Below, one piece after another: positions 27,903-36,788 of a DNA stretch of 64,000 bases (position 1 is its first letter; each line of letters opens with the position of its first letter). The notes below the pieces were generated by a model. That model worked only from the letters and a program-made list of their open reading frames with translations, did not search any database and was not told where the DNA came from. The stretch lies in NCBI GenBank assembly GCA_038849525.1, contig JAWCMS010000001.1, forward strand, positions 296,222 through 360,221, written 5' to 3'. The position numbers and the translations under genes were made by a program. Source of the stretch: Candidatus Pacearchaeota archaeon (GTDB lineage Archaea > Nanobdellota > Nanobdellia > Pacearchaeales > JAHJTO01).

Positions 27903-29375
27903 ATGTCAAGCAGAAAAAAATTTTATATCACAACTCCTATTTACTACACAAATGATGTTCCTCATATAGGGCATTCTTACACTACTATTATTGCCGATAT
28001 TCTTGCAAGATATCACAGATTACTTGGAGAGGATGTTTTCTTTCTTACAGGAACAGATGAGCATGGAATAAAAATACAGAGGATAGCTGAGAAAAAAAAT
28101 AAAAAACCGAAACAGTTTGTGGATGAGATAGTTAATGAATTTAAGAAAGCGTGGAAGACATTAAATATTGAGTATGACAATTTTATCAGAACAACTGATG
28201 AGAAGCATATCAAAATTGTGCAGGACATTCTTCAAAAGCTTTATGATAAGAAGATGATATACAAAGGAAAGTATGAGGCATATTACTGCACAGGATGCGA
28301 GCAGTATAAGACTTCATCTGAGTTAGTAAATGGGACTTGCCCTTTGCATAATACAACTGTGGAAGTTAGGAGCGAAGAAGCTTATTTATTTAAATTAAGC
28401 AAATTCCAAAAAGAATTGAGAAAACTGATTGAAAACAATGAGTATAAAATCCTTCCTATTCAAAGAAAAAACGAAATGCTTTCGTTTCTGATAAGAGAAG
28501 ATTTGCAGGATATTTCTATAAGCAGGCCGAAATCAGAAGTTTATTGGGGTATAGAGCTTCCTTTCGACAAAAATCATACATGTTATGTGTGGATAGATGC
28601 ATTCTTGAATTACATTTCAGGATTGAACTATCCTTCTGAACAATTTAGAAAATACTGGCCTGCGGATATTCAATTAATGTCAAAGGATATCTTAAGAGTC
28701 CATTCGACAATATGGCCCAGTATTTTACTTTCCATAAATGAAAAACTGCCAAAAATGCTCTATATTCATGGTTATTTTACTGTAAATGGGCAGAAAATGT
28801 CAAAGTCACTTGGAAATGCGATAGATCCTATAAAATTGTCAGAGAAGTATGGTAGCGATGCTGTAAGATATTTTCTTATGAGACATATTCCTTTAGGAGA
28901 AGATGGAGATTTTTCAGAAGATGCATTAAAAGAAAGATATAATTCTGAATTAGCAAACAAACTTGGAAATTTAGTCTTAAGAGTTGCTGGAATGGCAAAA
29001 GGAAAAATTCCAAAATCCTCAATTGATGCTGATTTGGCATCTAATCTTAAGCTGACCGAAATTTATTCTCATATGGATAATGTCGCTCTGGACAAAGCAT
29101 TAGAAAAGATTTTTGGATTTATAGACAAATGTAATGAGTATATTCAAGAAAAACAACCATGGAAATTAGAAGGAAAAGAAAAAGAAAAGGTTCTGTACAA
29201 TCTAATTGATTCGATACGTATTATTTCAATTCTTTTATATCCATTTATGCCTGAAACATCTAAAAAAATAAACAAACAATTCAATTTTCCAAAACCTTCA
29301 ATTGAGAATGCTGTATTCGGAAAAACAAAAGAGGGAAAAATTAAGAAATTAGGAGTATTATTTGAAAAATTGTAA
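27903..29375 (+). CDS. metG: Methionyl-tRNA synthetase, catalytic and anticodon domains (bacterial MetRS1-like, single zinc knuckle)
   Basis: FYITTPIYY.ND.PHIGH.YTT, C..C..CPLH knuckle, YVWIDA..NY, KMSKSLGN. Confidence 0.95.
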   Translation: MSSRKKFYITTPIYYTNDVPHIGHSYTTIIADILARYHRLLGEDVFFLTGTDEHGIKIQRIAEKKNKKPKQFVDEIVNEFKKAWKTLNIEYDNFIRTTDEKHIKIVQDILQKLYDKKMIYKGKYEAYYCTGCEQYKTSSELVNGTCPLHNTTVEVRSEEAYLFKLSKFQKELRKLIENNEYKILPIQRKNEMLSFLIREDLQDISISRPKSEVYWGIELPFDKNHTCYVWIDAFLNYISGLNYPSEQFRKYWPADIQLMSKDILRVHSTIWPSILLSINEKLPKMLYIHGYFTVNGQKMSKSLGNAIDPIKLSEKYGSDAVRYFLMRHIPLGEDGDFSEDALKERYNSELANKLGNLVLRVAGMAKGKIPKSSIDADLASNLKLTEIYSHMDNVALDKALEKIFGFIDKCNEYIQEKQPWKLEGKEKEKVLYNLIDSIRIISILLYPFMPETSKKINKQFNFPKPSIENAVFGKTKEGKIKKLGVLFEKL

Positions 29376-29379
29376 TAAA

Positions 29380-29553
29380 ATGGACAATATCGAGAAAATT
29401 GTTAGTTATACATCTTGTGCAGTATTAGTGGGTGCTGCAAGTTATGTAATGGGTTGTATTATATACAGTTTTTTCAGTAAAAATGATAATAAATATAAAA
29501 AGGAAGAAAATAAAAAAATTAATAATTACACTCTAAATAAAAAAAATGACTGA
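29380..29553 (+). CDS. Small single-TM hypothetical protein
   Basis: Hydrophobic core SYTSCAVLVGAASYVMGCIIYSFF; start could be TTG 29362 or ATG 29380. Confidence 0.5.
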   Translation: MDNIEKIVSYTSCAVLVGAASYVMGCIIYSFFSKNDNKYKKEENKKINNYTLNKKND

Positions 29554-29881
29554 GACATTAAGATTCGATGAATGGAAAAAATTAGACTTAAGAGTAGGAA
29601 AAATTATTTCTGTAGAAGAACATCCAAATGCAGACAAACTTTATATCCTTGAAATTGATCTTGGAACAGAAAAAAGAAAGCTTGTAGCAGGATTAAAACA
29701 ATATTACAAACCTTCTGAATTAAAAGGAAAATTATGTATCATAATTGCTAATCTTGAACCTACAACAATTCGTGGTATAAAATCAGAAGGGATGATTCTT
29801 GCAGCAGTCTCTGAAGATAAGACTGAGGTCAGATTGATAAGGCCTGACAAAGATATAAATGTAGGAACAAAGATAGCTTAA
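29546..29881 (+). CDS. Stand-alone tRNA-binding OB-fold protein (MetRS C-terminal domain/Trbp111-like)
   Basis: KLDLRVGKI..VEEHPNADKLY.L.IDLG.E.R..VAG, NLEP..IRG..SEGMILA. Confidence 0.92.
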   Translation: MTETLRFDEWKKLDLRVGKIISVEEHPNADKLYILEIDLGTEKRKLVAGLKQYYKPSELKGKLCIIIANLEPTTIRGIKSEGMILAAVSEDKTEVRLIRPDKDINVGTKIA

Positions 29882-29882
29882 T

Positions 29883-30296
29883 CTATTTTTTATAATATTT
29901 CGCGCATTCTAACATACAGTTACGCACATCTTTATATTCTTTAGAAAAACTGCTATAAAATATTTTATCTTTAGAATTAAATCCTATATGCCATTCTTTA
30001 TTTCCTGCGATGATTTCTAGTTTAGTAGGATAGACTTTCAATTCACATTTTTCTTTATTCACATCAAAAAATATCTTTGGATTAATAGGTTTTTTTCTAT
30101 TTGAAACACTAAAATAAAACACCCCTTTTGCACTTGAACCAAAATGAATAGTCGTGTCTTTATTAGTAATTATAAGTTTATTTCCTATCATTTTTATTTC
30201 ATATCCTAGTTTATAGAGTTTTTTTCTTGCTTTATAATCAAGAAATGCTTCGTGCAACAAATCTTCTTCTTCGCTAATTTTTTTTATTAAACTCAT
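29883..30296 (-). CDS. Hypothetical protein
   Basis: 137-aa ORF filling the gap; no family recognised. Confidence 0.55.
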   Translation of the reverse strand: MSLIKKISEEEDLLHEAFLDYKARKKLYKLGYEIKMIGNKLIITNKDTTIHFGSSAKGVFYFSVSNRKKPINPKIFFDVNKEKCELKVYPTKLEIIAGNKEWHIGFNSKDKIFYSSFSKEYKDVRNCMLECAKYYKK

Positions 30297-30386
30297 TTTA
30301 TTCTTTTTTATTAAGTGTAGTTAGATTTTAATTTTATTTATAAATTTTGTTGACTAAAATCAAGTAGTGTCATTTATTCTAAATAA

Positions 30387-30459
30387 TGGGGCTGCTGGGA
30401 TTCGAACCCAGGTCGCACGCTCCCTAAGCGCGTATACTACCAGGCTATACTACAGCCCC
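30387..30459 (-). tRNA. tRNA-Pro with anticodon AGG
   Basis: GGGGCTG/CAGCCCC acceptor, A73, D-loop AGCCTGG, anticodon arm CGCGC TTAGGGA GCGTG, 4-nt variable loop, CTGGG TTCGAAT CCCAG. Confidence 0.92.
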
Positions 30460-30460
30460 A

Positions 30461-30531
30461 TGGGCGTAACAGGAATCGAACCTGTCTCCTATCGACGTGA
30501 ACGATATGTCCTACCAATGAACGATACGCCC
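30461..30531 (-). tRNA. tRNA-Val(CAC)
   Basis: GGGCGTA/TACGCCC acceptor, perfect arm TATCG TTCACGT CGATA, ACAGG TTCGATT CCTGT; 1 nt upstream of tRNA-Pro. Confidence 0.9.
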
Positions 30532-30570
30532 ATTTTCATTTAAAATTTCTAAGAATTGAAGGTTAAAAAA

Positions 30571-30726
30571 TTATTCTTCTAGTTCCTCTTCTTCATATTT
30601 ACTTCTACTTTTGATTATGGGCTCTTCAGAATATTTACTTTTTTGTAATATTTTTGGCTCTGGTTCTGCTTCAGGAGGTAGTTTTTGTATTTTCTTTTTT
30701 TTTATTCTCTTTTTTTGTTTTTTCAT
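30571..30726 (-). CDS. 51-aa small protein with basic N-terminus and acidic C-terminus (not in ORF track)
   Basis: MKKQKKRIKKKKIQKLPPEAEPEPKILQKSKYSEEPIIKSRSKYEEEELEE; co-oriented, fills the gap. Confidence 0.55.
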   Translation of the reverse strand: MKKQKKRIKKKKIQKLPPEAEPEPKILQKSKYSEEPIIKSRSKYEEEELEE

Positions 30727-30746
30727 GTTTTTAATACTAAGTTAAA

Positions 30747-31292
30747 TTATCTATTAATTTTTTTCATTATTTTATCGAGTTGCTTGAATAAATATTTTTT
30801 GTCTTTTGAATTATCAACTTTATAGTCGGCCATGGAGAATGTCTTTTTAAGATTAAAGAATCTTTCTTCTTGTTTTTCTTCTTTTCTGAATATTTCAAAA
30901 GTCTTTGGAAAATCTGTTCTTCTTCTTGCTTTCATTCTTTTAAATCTTATTTCTGGTTTTGCATCTATAAGAATTAGAATAGCTTTTATTTTTTGTTTTG
31001 CAAGTTTTGCTTGATTAGGTTTTCTTATTCCATCAAGAATTACTGGTTTTTTACTTTGTTTGGCTTTTTCTAAGGCATGTTCGATTACAAAATCTGTCTT
31101 ATAAATCTTAGAATATTTTTCACCAATCTTTTCAAGATTTTTGCGAGTTGGTTTTAATTTTTCTTTTTTTGCCAATGCACGAACAATATTTCCCATATTT
31201 ATTATTTTATAATTGTATTTTCGAGCGATATATTTAGCAGCAACACCTTTTCCGCTTCCTGCTGGGCCAAATATTCCAAGATTTTTTTTCAT
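30747..31292 (-). CDS. P-loop nucleotide kinase (UPF0200/dephospho-CoA kinase-like)
   Basis: FGPAGSGKG, MG..VR, ILDGIR, IRFKR..AR.R.D, ADY.VDN. Confidence 0.8.
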   Translation of the reverse strand: MKKNLGIFGPAGSGKGVAAKYIARKYNYKIINMGNIVRALAKKEKLKPTRKNLEKIGEKYSKIYKTDFVIEHALEKAKQSKKPVILDGIRKPNQAKLAKQKIKAILILIDAKPEIRFKRMKARRRTDFPKTFEIFRKEEKQEERFFNLKKTFSMADYKVDNSKDKKYLFKQLDKIMKKINR

Positions 31293-31304
31293 CTTATAAT
31301 ATTC

Positions 31305-32063
31305 TTATTTGTCAAATTTTATAGTAATTTTAATATTTCTTAAAGCATCTGATATTTTTTCAAGTAGATTTCTATCTTTATCTTCGATATTAAGAATTTT
31401 AAATGCAAGTTTTTTATACTCCTTAGCAGCTTTACTTTTTGGAAAATTCAATAGTGTGTCTTTTTCCATTAATGCTTGTTTTACTTTATCATCTTCAGGA
31501 ACTACTCCTATAATTGGATAACCAAGCAGGGTACTTATATCTTTTAGAGAGATTTGATTTTTTGTTTTTCGTGTTACAAGAATCCCTAAAATTGGTTTTT
31601 TTAATTTTTCAACTAGTTTTATTGTTTTCAATGCTCCTGTCATAGCAGGAAGCTCAGGATTTGTTACTATGATACATTCATCAGCAGCTTTTATTGTTGC
31701 AACTACATCTTCATTTAATCCTGCAGCTGAATCTAAAATTATAAAATCAAAATCAGTCAGTTTCTTAATTATTCTTTCGAGATTTTTAATGTCCGCATAT
31801 AACGAAAGAGAAGAAGGCATAATCTTTACTCCTGAATTATGTACATATATAGCATTTTCTGGTTTTTCTTTACCTGAAAGCACGTGCTGTAGTGATATAG
31901 GAACAACAGGAGCATTTAAACTTACACCTACATCTGGAGTATTTATATTAGCATCTATGAGAAGGACATTTTGTTTCATCTGTGAAAGAAAGACAGAAAG
32001 ATTTATCGCACTTGTTGTTTTACCAACCCCCCCTTTTCCAGAAATAATCGCAATAGTTTTCAT
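31305..32063 (-). CDS. minD: MinD/ParA family ATPase, copy 2
   Basis: SGKGGVGKTT, LIDAN..TP, LDSAAGL, VTNPE.PA. Confidence 0.9.
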   Translation of the reverse strand: MKTIAIISGKGGVGKTTSAINLSVFLSQMKQNVLLIDANINTPDVGVSLNAPVVPISLQHVLSGKEKPENAIYVHNSGVKIMPSSLSLYADIKNLERIIKKLTDFDFIILDSAAGLNEDVVATIKAADECIIVTNPELPAMTGALKTIKLVEKLKKPILGILVTRKTKNQISLKDISTLLGYPIIGVVPEDDKVKQALMEKDTLLNFPKSKAAKEYKKLAFKILNIEDKDRNLLEKISDALRNIKITIKFDK

Positions 32064-32077
32064 AATCCTTTAATTAC

Positions 32078-32512
32078 TTATGCAGTATATTTTCTAACAA
32101 ACTTTATAAAATTTTCCAGAAGTGCTTGCCATTCTTTCAGCTTTTCGAGATCAATAACCACTTCCTTTTCGTCTATTATACGCAGAGCAACATTTTTTCT
32201 AAATTCATGCTCTTTAATATGTTCTAAAGTATCAACTCTTCTAAAAAATGAATAAAGCTCGAGTGTTTCAATAACGATAGGTTCTTTTTTTAGTAGTTGA
32301 GCAAGCAAAGTAGCTTTAAGCTTAGGAGCTGTAGGTATCTCTTTTATGAGCTTTTTTTTCTTAGCTTTTTCAAGCATCATATCTATAGCATGTTCAATCA
32401 TCAATCTCCAACGGTGCATTAAATTAAGAATAACATCACCTGTTTTTGTATATTTCAAACTAACATAAAGCAGGTGTTGTGCAGCTTTCATTTCATTTTC
32501 TATTTGGTGCAT
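32078..32512 (-). CDS. Hypothetical helical protein, paralog of 32558-33040
   Basis: A.HLLYV...K...AID.ML and EF.R pattern shared with its neighbour. Confidence 0.75.
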   Translation of the reverse strand: MHQIENEMKAAQHLLYVSLKYTKTGDVILNLMHRWRLMIEHAIDMMLEKAKKKKLIKEIPTAPKLKATLLAQLLKKEPIVIETLELYSFFRRVDTLEHIKEHEFRKNVALRIIDEKEVVIDLEKLKEWQALLENFIKFVRKYTA

Positions 32513-32557
32513 GATTAGAAGTATTCTATATAAATAATGATTATTATTTATATCTTA

Positions 32558-33040
32558 CTATATGTCCTTTACAATTAAAGAATTTTCTGTTTTTCTTACT
32601 ACTTTTTTTGCTATACTAAGCATATTCTTTAGTATTGGTAATGTAATACTTTCTGTTCTTAAATCATCAGACATTATTATCAGCTTATTATGTCTTGCAA
32701 ACTCCATTGGGCTTAATTTATGGCGTTCAAATAAGTTTATTATACGTTTTATACCCTCTATTTCTTCAGCTATAAAATTATAGCGCAAAGCGCATTTTTG
32801 CTCAAATATCACCATGTTTGTCTTTGAATCCGAATAAATCTTTATTCTTTTTAATTCATATTCACGCTTTAAAATCAAATCAATTGCTATCTTAACAGCT
32901 AAATAAATTTCTTCAAGAGCTTTTAAAAGCAATCTGTTCTCCTTTAATAAAGGATAAGTTATATATACCATATGTTCTGCTGTTCTTAATGCCTTTTTTG
33001 CTTCTTCAAATTTCAGATAATAAGTAGTATCTGATAACAT
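32558..33040 (-). CDS. Hypothetical helical protein, paralog of 32078-32512
   Basis: A.HMVYI...K...AIDLIL and EFAR pattern. Confidence 0.75.
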   Translation of the reverse strand: MLSDTTYYLKFEEAKKALRTAEHMVYITYPLLKENRLLLKALEEIYLAVKIAIDLILKREYELKRIKIYSDSKTNMVIFEQKCALRYNFIAEEIEGIKRIINLFERHKLSPMEFARHNKLIIMSDDLRTESITLPILKNMLSIAKKVVRKTENSLIVKDI

Positions 33041-33068
33041 TTTCTAATCTTCTCCTTAGCCTATAAAA

Positions 33069-33386
33069 CTAATGTTTAAGTATTAATATAGCTTTTGCAA
33101 TGTCCCCATCAGCTTTTTTTAGTGCCTCTTTTGCTCTTTCTTTATTTGTGTTAGCCTGAGACATAACTGTTTTAATATCACTTTCACTAATCTCTTCTTC
33201 TATCTTTCCTGAAATCTGGAACATTTCTTGTCCAGAGAAATTGATTTTTGAAACTGAGGGCTCTTTAATGATAATATCTCCATTTTTAGTTTTAATAATT
33301 ACTTCTTCTGCCTCTATTTCAGATTGTTTGACACCAAGTTGAGACATAATTGCCTTCATTTGCTTAGGATTTAATCCACCGAACAT
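33069..33386 (-). CDS. nac: Nascent polypeptide-associated complex protein
   Basis: NPKQM..IM.QLG....I.AEEVII, C-terminal UBA-like ..AL....GDIA.AI. Confidence 0.93.
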   Translation of the reverse strand: MFGGLNPKQMKAIMSQLGVKQSEIEAEEVIIKTKNGDIIIKEPSVSKINFSGQEMFQISGKIEEEISESDIKTVMSQANTNKERAKEALKKADGDIAKAILILKH

Positions 33387-33387
33387 T

Positions 33388-33561
33388 TTAGGTTTTTAAT
33401 GGAAATAATACTGGAAATATTAAAGTGACTAGAATAATTAAGATTATAACAAAAGCAATAACATAAGTAGGTTTAATCTGGATTTTTGACTTATATTCGT
33501 CAAAATACCTCATTAACCCGCCCATGCCAGAAGGCATGCTTATTTTTCCTTCTTCTGCCAT
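33388..33561 (-). CDS. secG: Preprotein translocase subunit Sec61beta/SecG (not in ORF track)
   Basis: Hand translation MAEEGKISMPSGMGGLMRYFDEYKSKIQIKPTYVIAFVIILII...; GGLMRYF.E..SKI.I.P followed by a TM helix. Confidence 0.92.
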   Translation of the reverse strand: MAEEGKISMPSGMGGLMRYFDEYKSKIQIKPTYVIAFVIILIILVTLIFPVLFPLKT

Positions 33562-33625
33562 GTTTATTTTTTGTTTTAATCATATAAAAAGTTAACTATT
33601 TAAGCCTTTAAACAAATGAGTAATC

Positions 33626-34306
33626 ATGAGACTTGGAGTACTGTTTTCGGGTGGAAAAGATTCTACATTTGCCATGTATAAATTAATCAAACACAATAAA
33701 ATAGCTTGCTTAATTTCGATAGTTTCTAAAAACCCTGAGAGTTTTATGTTTCATACCCCTAATATTCATCTTGTTGAGCTTCAAGCTAAGGCATTAGGAA
33801 TTCCTTTAATACTAAAGGAAACACAAGGAAAAAAAGAGAGAGAACTAAAAGATTTGAAAAATGCAATTATCGAAGCACAAGAAAAATATAAAATCGATGG
33901 AATAGTCACAGGAGCCGTTGCTTCTAAATACCAAAAAGAAAGAATCGAAAAGATTTGCAATGAATTGAAGTTAAAATGTATTAGTCCTTTATGGTTAAAA
34001 GAACAGATTGAATTATTAAATGAAATTATTGATTCAGGATTTAACATTATAATATCTGGAGTATTTGCTTATCCTTTAGATGAAAAATGGCTCGGTAAGG
34101 AAATCGATAGAGAAATAATCGATAAATTGGCAAAATTGCAGGACAGATACAAACTTAATCCTTCTGGAGAGGGTGGTGAAATTGAAACGACCGTTCTTAA
34201 TTGCCCTATGTTCAAAAAGAAAATTGAGATTATTGAATCTGAAATAAAATTTAAAGGCAATTCAGGAGTCTATCTAATAAAAAAGGCAAGACTCATAGAA
34301 AAATGA
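33626..34306 (+). CDS. dph6: Diphthine-ammonia ligase family PP-loop ATPase (TIGR00289/290-like)
   Basis: LFSGGKDS, SFMFH.PN, GA..S.YQ..R, GEGGE.ET.V. Confidence 0.85.
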   Translation: MRLGVLFSGGKDSTFAMYKLIKHNKIACLISIVSKNPESFMFHTPNIHLVELQAKALGIPLILKETQGKKERELKDLKNAIIEAQEKYKIDGIVTGAVASKYQKERIEKICNELKLKCISPLWLKEQIELLNEIIDSGFNIIISGVFAYPLDEKWLGKEIDREIIDKLAKLQDRYKLNPSGEGGEIETTVLNCPMFKKKIEIIESEIKFKGNSGVYLIKKARLIEK

Positions 34307-34372
34307 ATAATCTACAAAAGATGGTTTAAAAATTCTCAAAATCTTTAAAAATAACTTTAATTTTATTTAAAT

Positions 34373-36742
34373 ATGGATCTTAGCAAAGATACTTATAATC
34401 CAAAAGAGGCAGAGCCAAGAATACAAAAATTCTGGGAAGATGAAAAGATTTATACTTTTGATAGAAAAAGTAAAAAGCCTGTTTATTCAATAGATACTCC
34501 ACCACCTTATATCTCAGGTAGGCCCCATATGGGTCATGCTTACTCGTATTCTTTGTTCGATGCGATTGGGAGATTCAAAAGAATGAATGGATTTAATGTT
34601 TTGTTACCAATAGGTTTTGATGATAATGGTCATCCTACAGAGAGATATGTTGAAAAAAAGTATAATATTAGATCGGCAGATTTACCACGGGAAAAATTTA
34701 TTGAGTTATGCAAGAAAGAAACTGAAATTCTTAAAAAAATAGCAAAAGCAGATTTGGTAAGGTTAGGGCTAGGATTTGATTGGAGCTTATTTTATTCAAC
34801 GATAGGAGATTTAGCTACAAAAACAGCTCAGTATTCCTTTATTGATTTATATAATAAAAAACTGGTCTACAGAAAAGAGGAACCAACTTTATGGTGCACT
34901 TACTGTAAAACAGCACTCGCGCAGGCAGATGTTGAAGATGTAAAACGAAATACTACTTTAAACTATATTAAATTTAAGCTCGAAGATGGAGGTGATATAA
35001 CAATTGCAACAACGAGGCCTGAATTTCTTCCTGCATGTGTCGGAATTTTTGTAAATCCTGAAGATAAAAAATATAAACAATTGATTGGGAAAACTGCAAT
35101 TGTTCCTATTTTTGGGCAGAAAGTTAAAATAATGGCTGATAAGAAAGTAGACCCTGAATTTGGAACAGGAATCGTTATGATATGTACTTTTGGAGACAAG
35201 ACGGATATAGAATGGTGGAAGCAGTATAATCTCCCTCTTAAAATAATAATAACTGAAGAAGGCAAGCTTAATGAAATAGCTGGAAAATATAAAGGGCTTT
35301 CATTAAGCGAAGGCAGAGAAAAAATAATAAGTGAACTAAGAGAGAAAAAATTGTTGGAAAAGCAAGAAAAAATTGAACAAATTGTAGGTGCATGCTGGAG
35401 ATGTGAGCATCCTATTGAATTCTTGATTACAAAACAATGGACACTAAAACTCCTTGAGAACAAAGACAAATTCTTAGAATTTGGAAGGAAAGTGAAGTGG
35501 CATCCAAACTTTTTTTTGAAACGATATGAAGATTGGGTAAATAATCTCAAGTGGGACTGGGTTATTGCAAGACAAAGACATTATGGAGTTCCTATACCAG
35601 TATGGTATTGTAAAAAATGTAAAAAAGAGATTATTGCAAGCGAAAAAGAAATCCCTATCAATCCTTTGAAAAATAAACCAATTAAAAAATGTTCTTGTGG
35701 GAGTAATGAATTTGAGCCTGAAACAAATGTTTTTGATACGTGGTTTACTTCATCATTAACCCCTGAGATAGTTTTAAGATGGGTAGACAACAATAAATTT
35801 TTCAAAAAAAATTTTCCTGAGGATTTAAGGCCTCAAGGATATGAAATAATAAGAACATGGGCTTTTTATACAATCGTTAAGGCATTTTATCATTTCAAAT
35901 CAATTCCTTGGAAAAATATAATGATTAATGGGATGGTTGTTGATCCACAAGGAAGGGCAATGCATAAGTCATTAGGAAATGTAATTGAGCCTTTTAATGT
36001 TCTTGAGAATTATTGTGCAGATGCAATGCGTTTTTGGAGCTTCTCAGGCAAAATAGGTGGAGACTTACCTTTTCAGGAAAAAGAACTAATTGCAGGCAAA
36101 AAAACAATAACAAAACTGTGGAATGCAGCAAAATTTTCAATGTCAAATGCATCTCCGAAAAAACCAAAAAAGCTTAAGGCATTTGATGAATGGCTTTTGA
36201 TTAAATTGAATAAGCTTATTAAAGAATGCACAAAATCTTTTAATGAGTATGACGCTGCAAAAGTTAAGGCAGAGGTAGAAAATTTCTTCTGGCATACTTT
36301 TTGTGATAATTACTTAGAGATAATAAAAGATAGAATTTATAATAATAAAGAGGGAAAAGATTCTGCTCAGTATACTCTATACATTTCATTTCTTTCGATT
36401 ATCAAAATGTTTGCGCCTATAATGCCGCACATTACAGAGGAACTTTATCAGCTGTATTTTAGAAAAAATGAAAAAATTAAAAGTATTCACATTTCAAAAT
36501 GGCCAGAAGCAGGAAAAGAAAAGGATGAAAGAATAGAAAAAGCAGGGGATAGGGCAATTGAAATAATAAAAGAAATAAGAATGTTTAAGTCAAAAGCTAA
36601 AAAATCAATGAAAACTCCTATTATCTTAACTATCGAAGAAAAAGACAAAAAACTTCTTGAGCCTTTTATAGATGATTTGAAATCTGTTGCTTCGGCTGAA
36701 AAAATAGAGATTGGAAAGTTCGGAATTAAATTAGTAGAATAG
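34373..36742 (+). CDS. valS: Valyl-tRNA synthetase (archaeal type)
   Basis: IDTPPPY.SG..HMGH, IATTRPE, WDW.I.RQR.YG, LRPQG..IIRTW, MHKS.GN. Confidence 0.95.
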   Translation: MDLSKDTYNPKEAEPRIQKFWEDEKIYTFDRKSKKPVYSIDTPPPYISGRPHMGHAYSYSLFDAIGRFKRMNGFNVLLPIGFDDNGHPTERYVEKKYNIRSADLPREKFIELCKKETEILKKIAKADLVRLGLGFDWSLFYSTIGDLATKTAQYSFIDLYNKKLVYRKEEPTLWCTYCKTALAQADVEDVKRNTTLNYIKFKLEDGGDITIATTRPEFLPACVGIFVNPEDKKYKQLIGKTAIVPIFGQKVKIMADKKVDPEFGTGIVMICTFGDKTDIEWWKQYNLPLKIIITEEGKLNEIAGKYKGLSLSEGREKIISELREKKLLEKQEKIEQIVGACWRCEHPIEFLITKQWTLKLLENKDKFLEFGRKVKWHPNFFLKRYEDWVNNLKWDWVIARQRHYGVPIPVWYCKKCKKEIIASEKEIPINPLKNKPIKKCSCGSNEFEPETNVFDTWFTSSLTPEIVLRWVDNNKFFKKNFPEDLRPQGYEIIRTWAFYTIVKAFYHFKSIPWKNIMINGMVVDPQGRAMHKSLGNVIEPFNVLENYCADAMRFWSFSGKIGGDLPFQEKELIAGKKTITKLWNAAKFSMSNASPKKPKKLKAFDEWLLIKLNKLIKECTKSFNEYDAAKVKAEVENFFWHTFCDNYLEIIKDRIYNNKEGKDSAQYTLYISFLSIIKMFAPIMPHITEELYQLYFRKNEKIKSIHISKWPEAGKEKDERIEKAGDRAIEIIKEIRMFKSKAKKSMKTPIILTIEEKDKKLLEPFIDDLKSVASAEKIEIGKFGIKLVE

Positions 36743-36788
36743 CTTATTCTTGGTAACCTTTAATAACCTCTTTTTTATAAATAAAATT

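Noticed and set aside
19599-30560. Integrated element bounded by tRNA genes
   Set aside because: No integrase, no duplicated tRNA 3' ends, and the interval contains core genes such as metG
4406-32063. Two MinD-like ATPases as a sign of a plasmid or provirus partition system
   Set aside because: Both sit among housekeeping genes with no ParB, integrase or replication initiator; multiple MinD paralogs are ordinary in archaea
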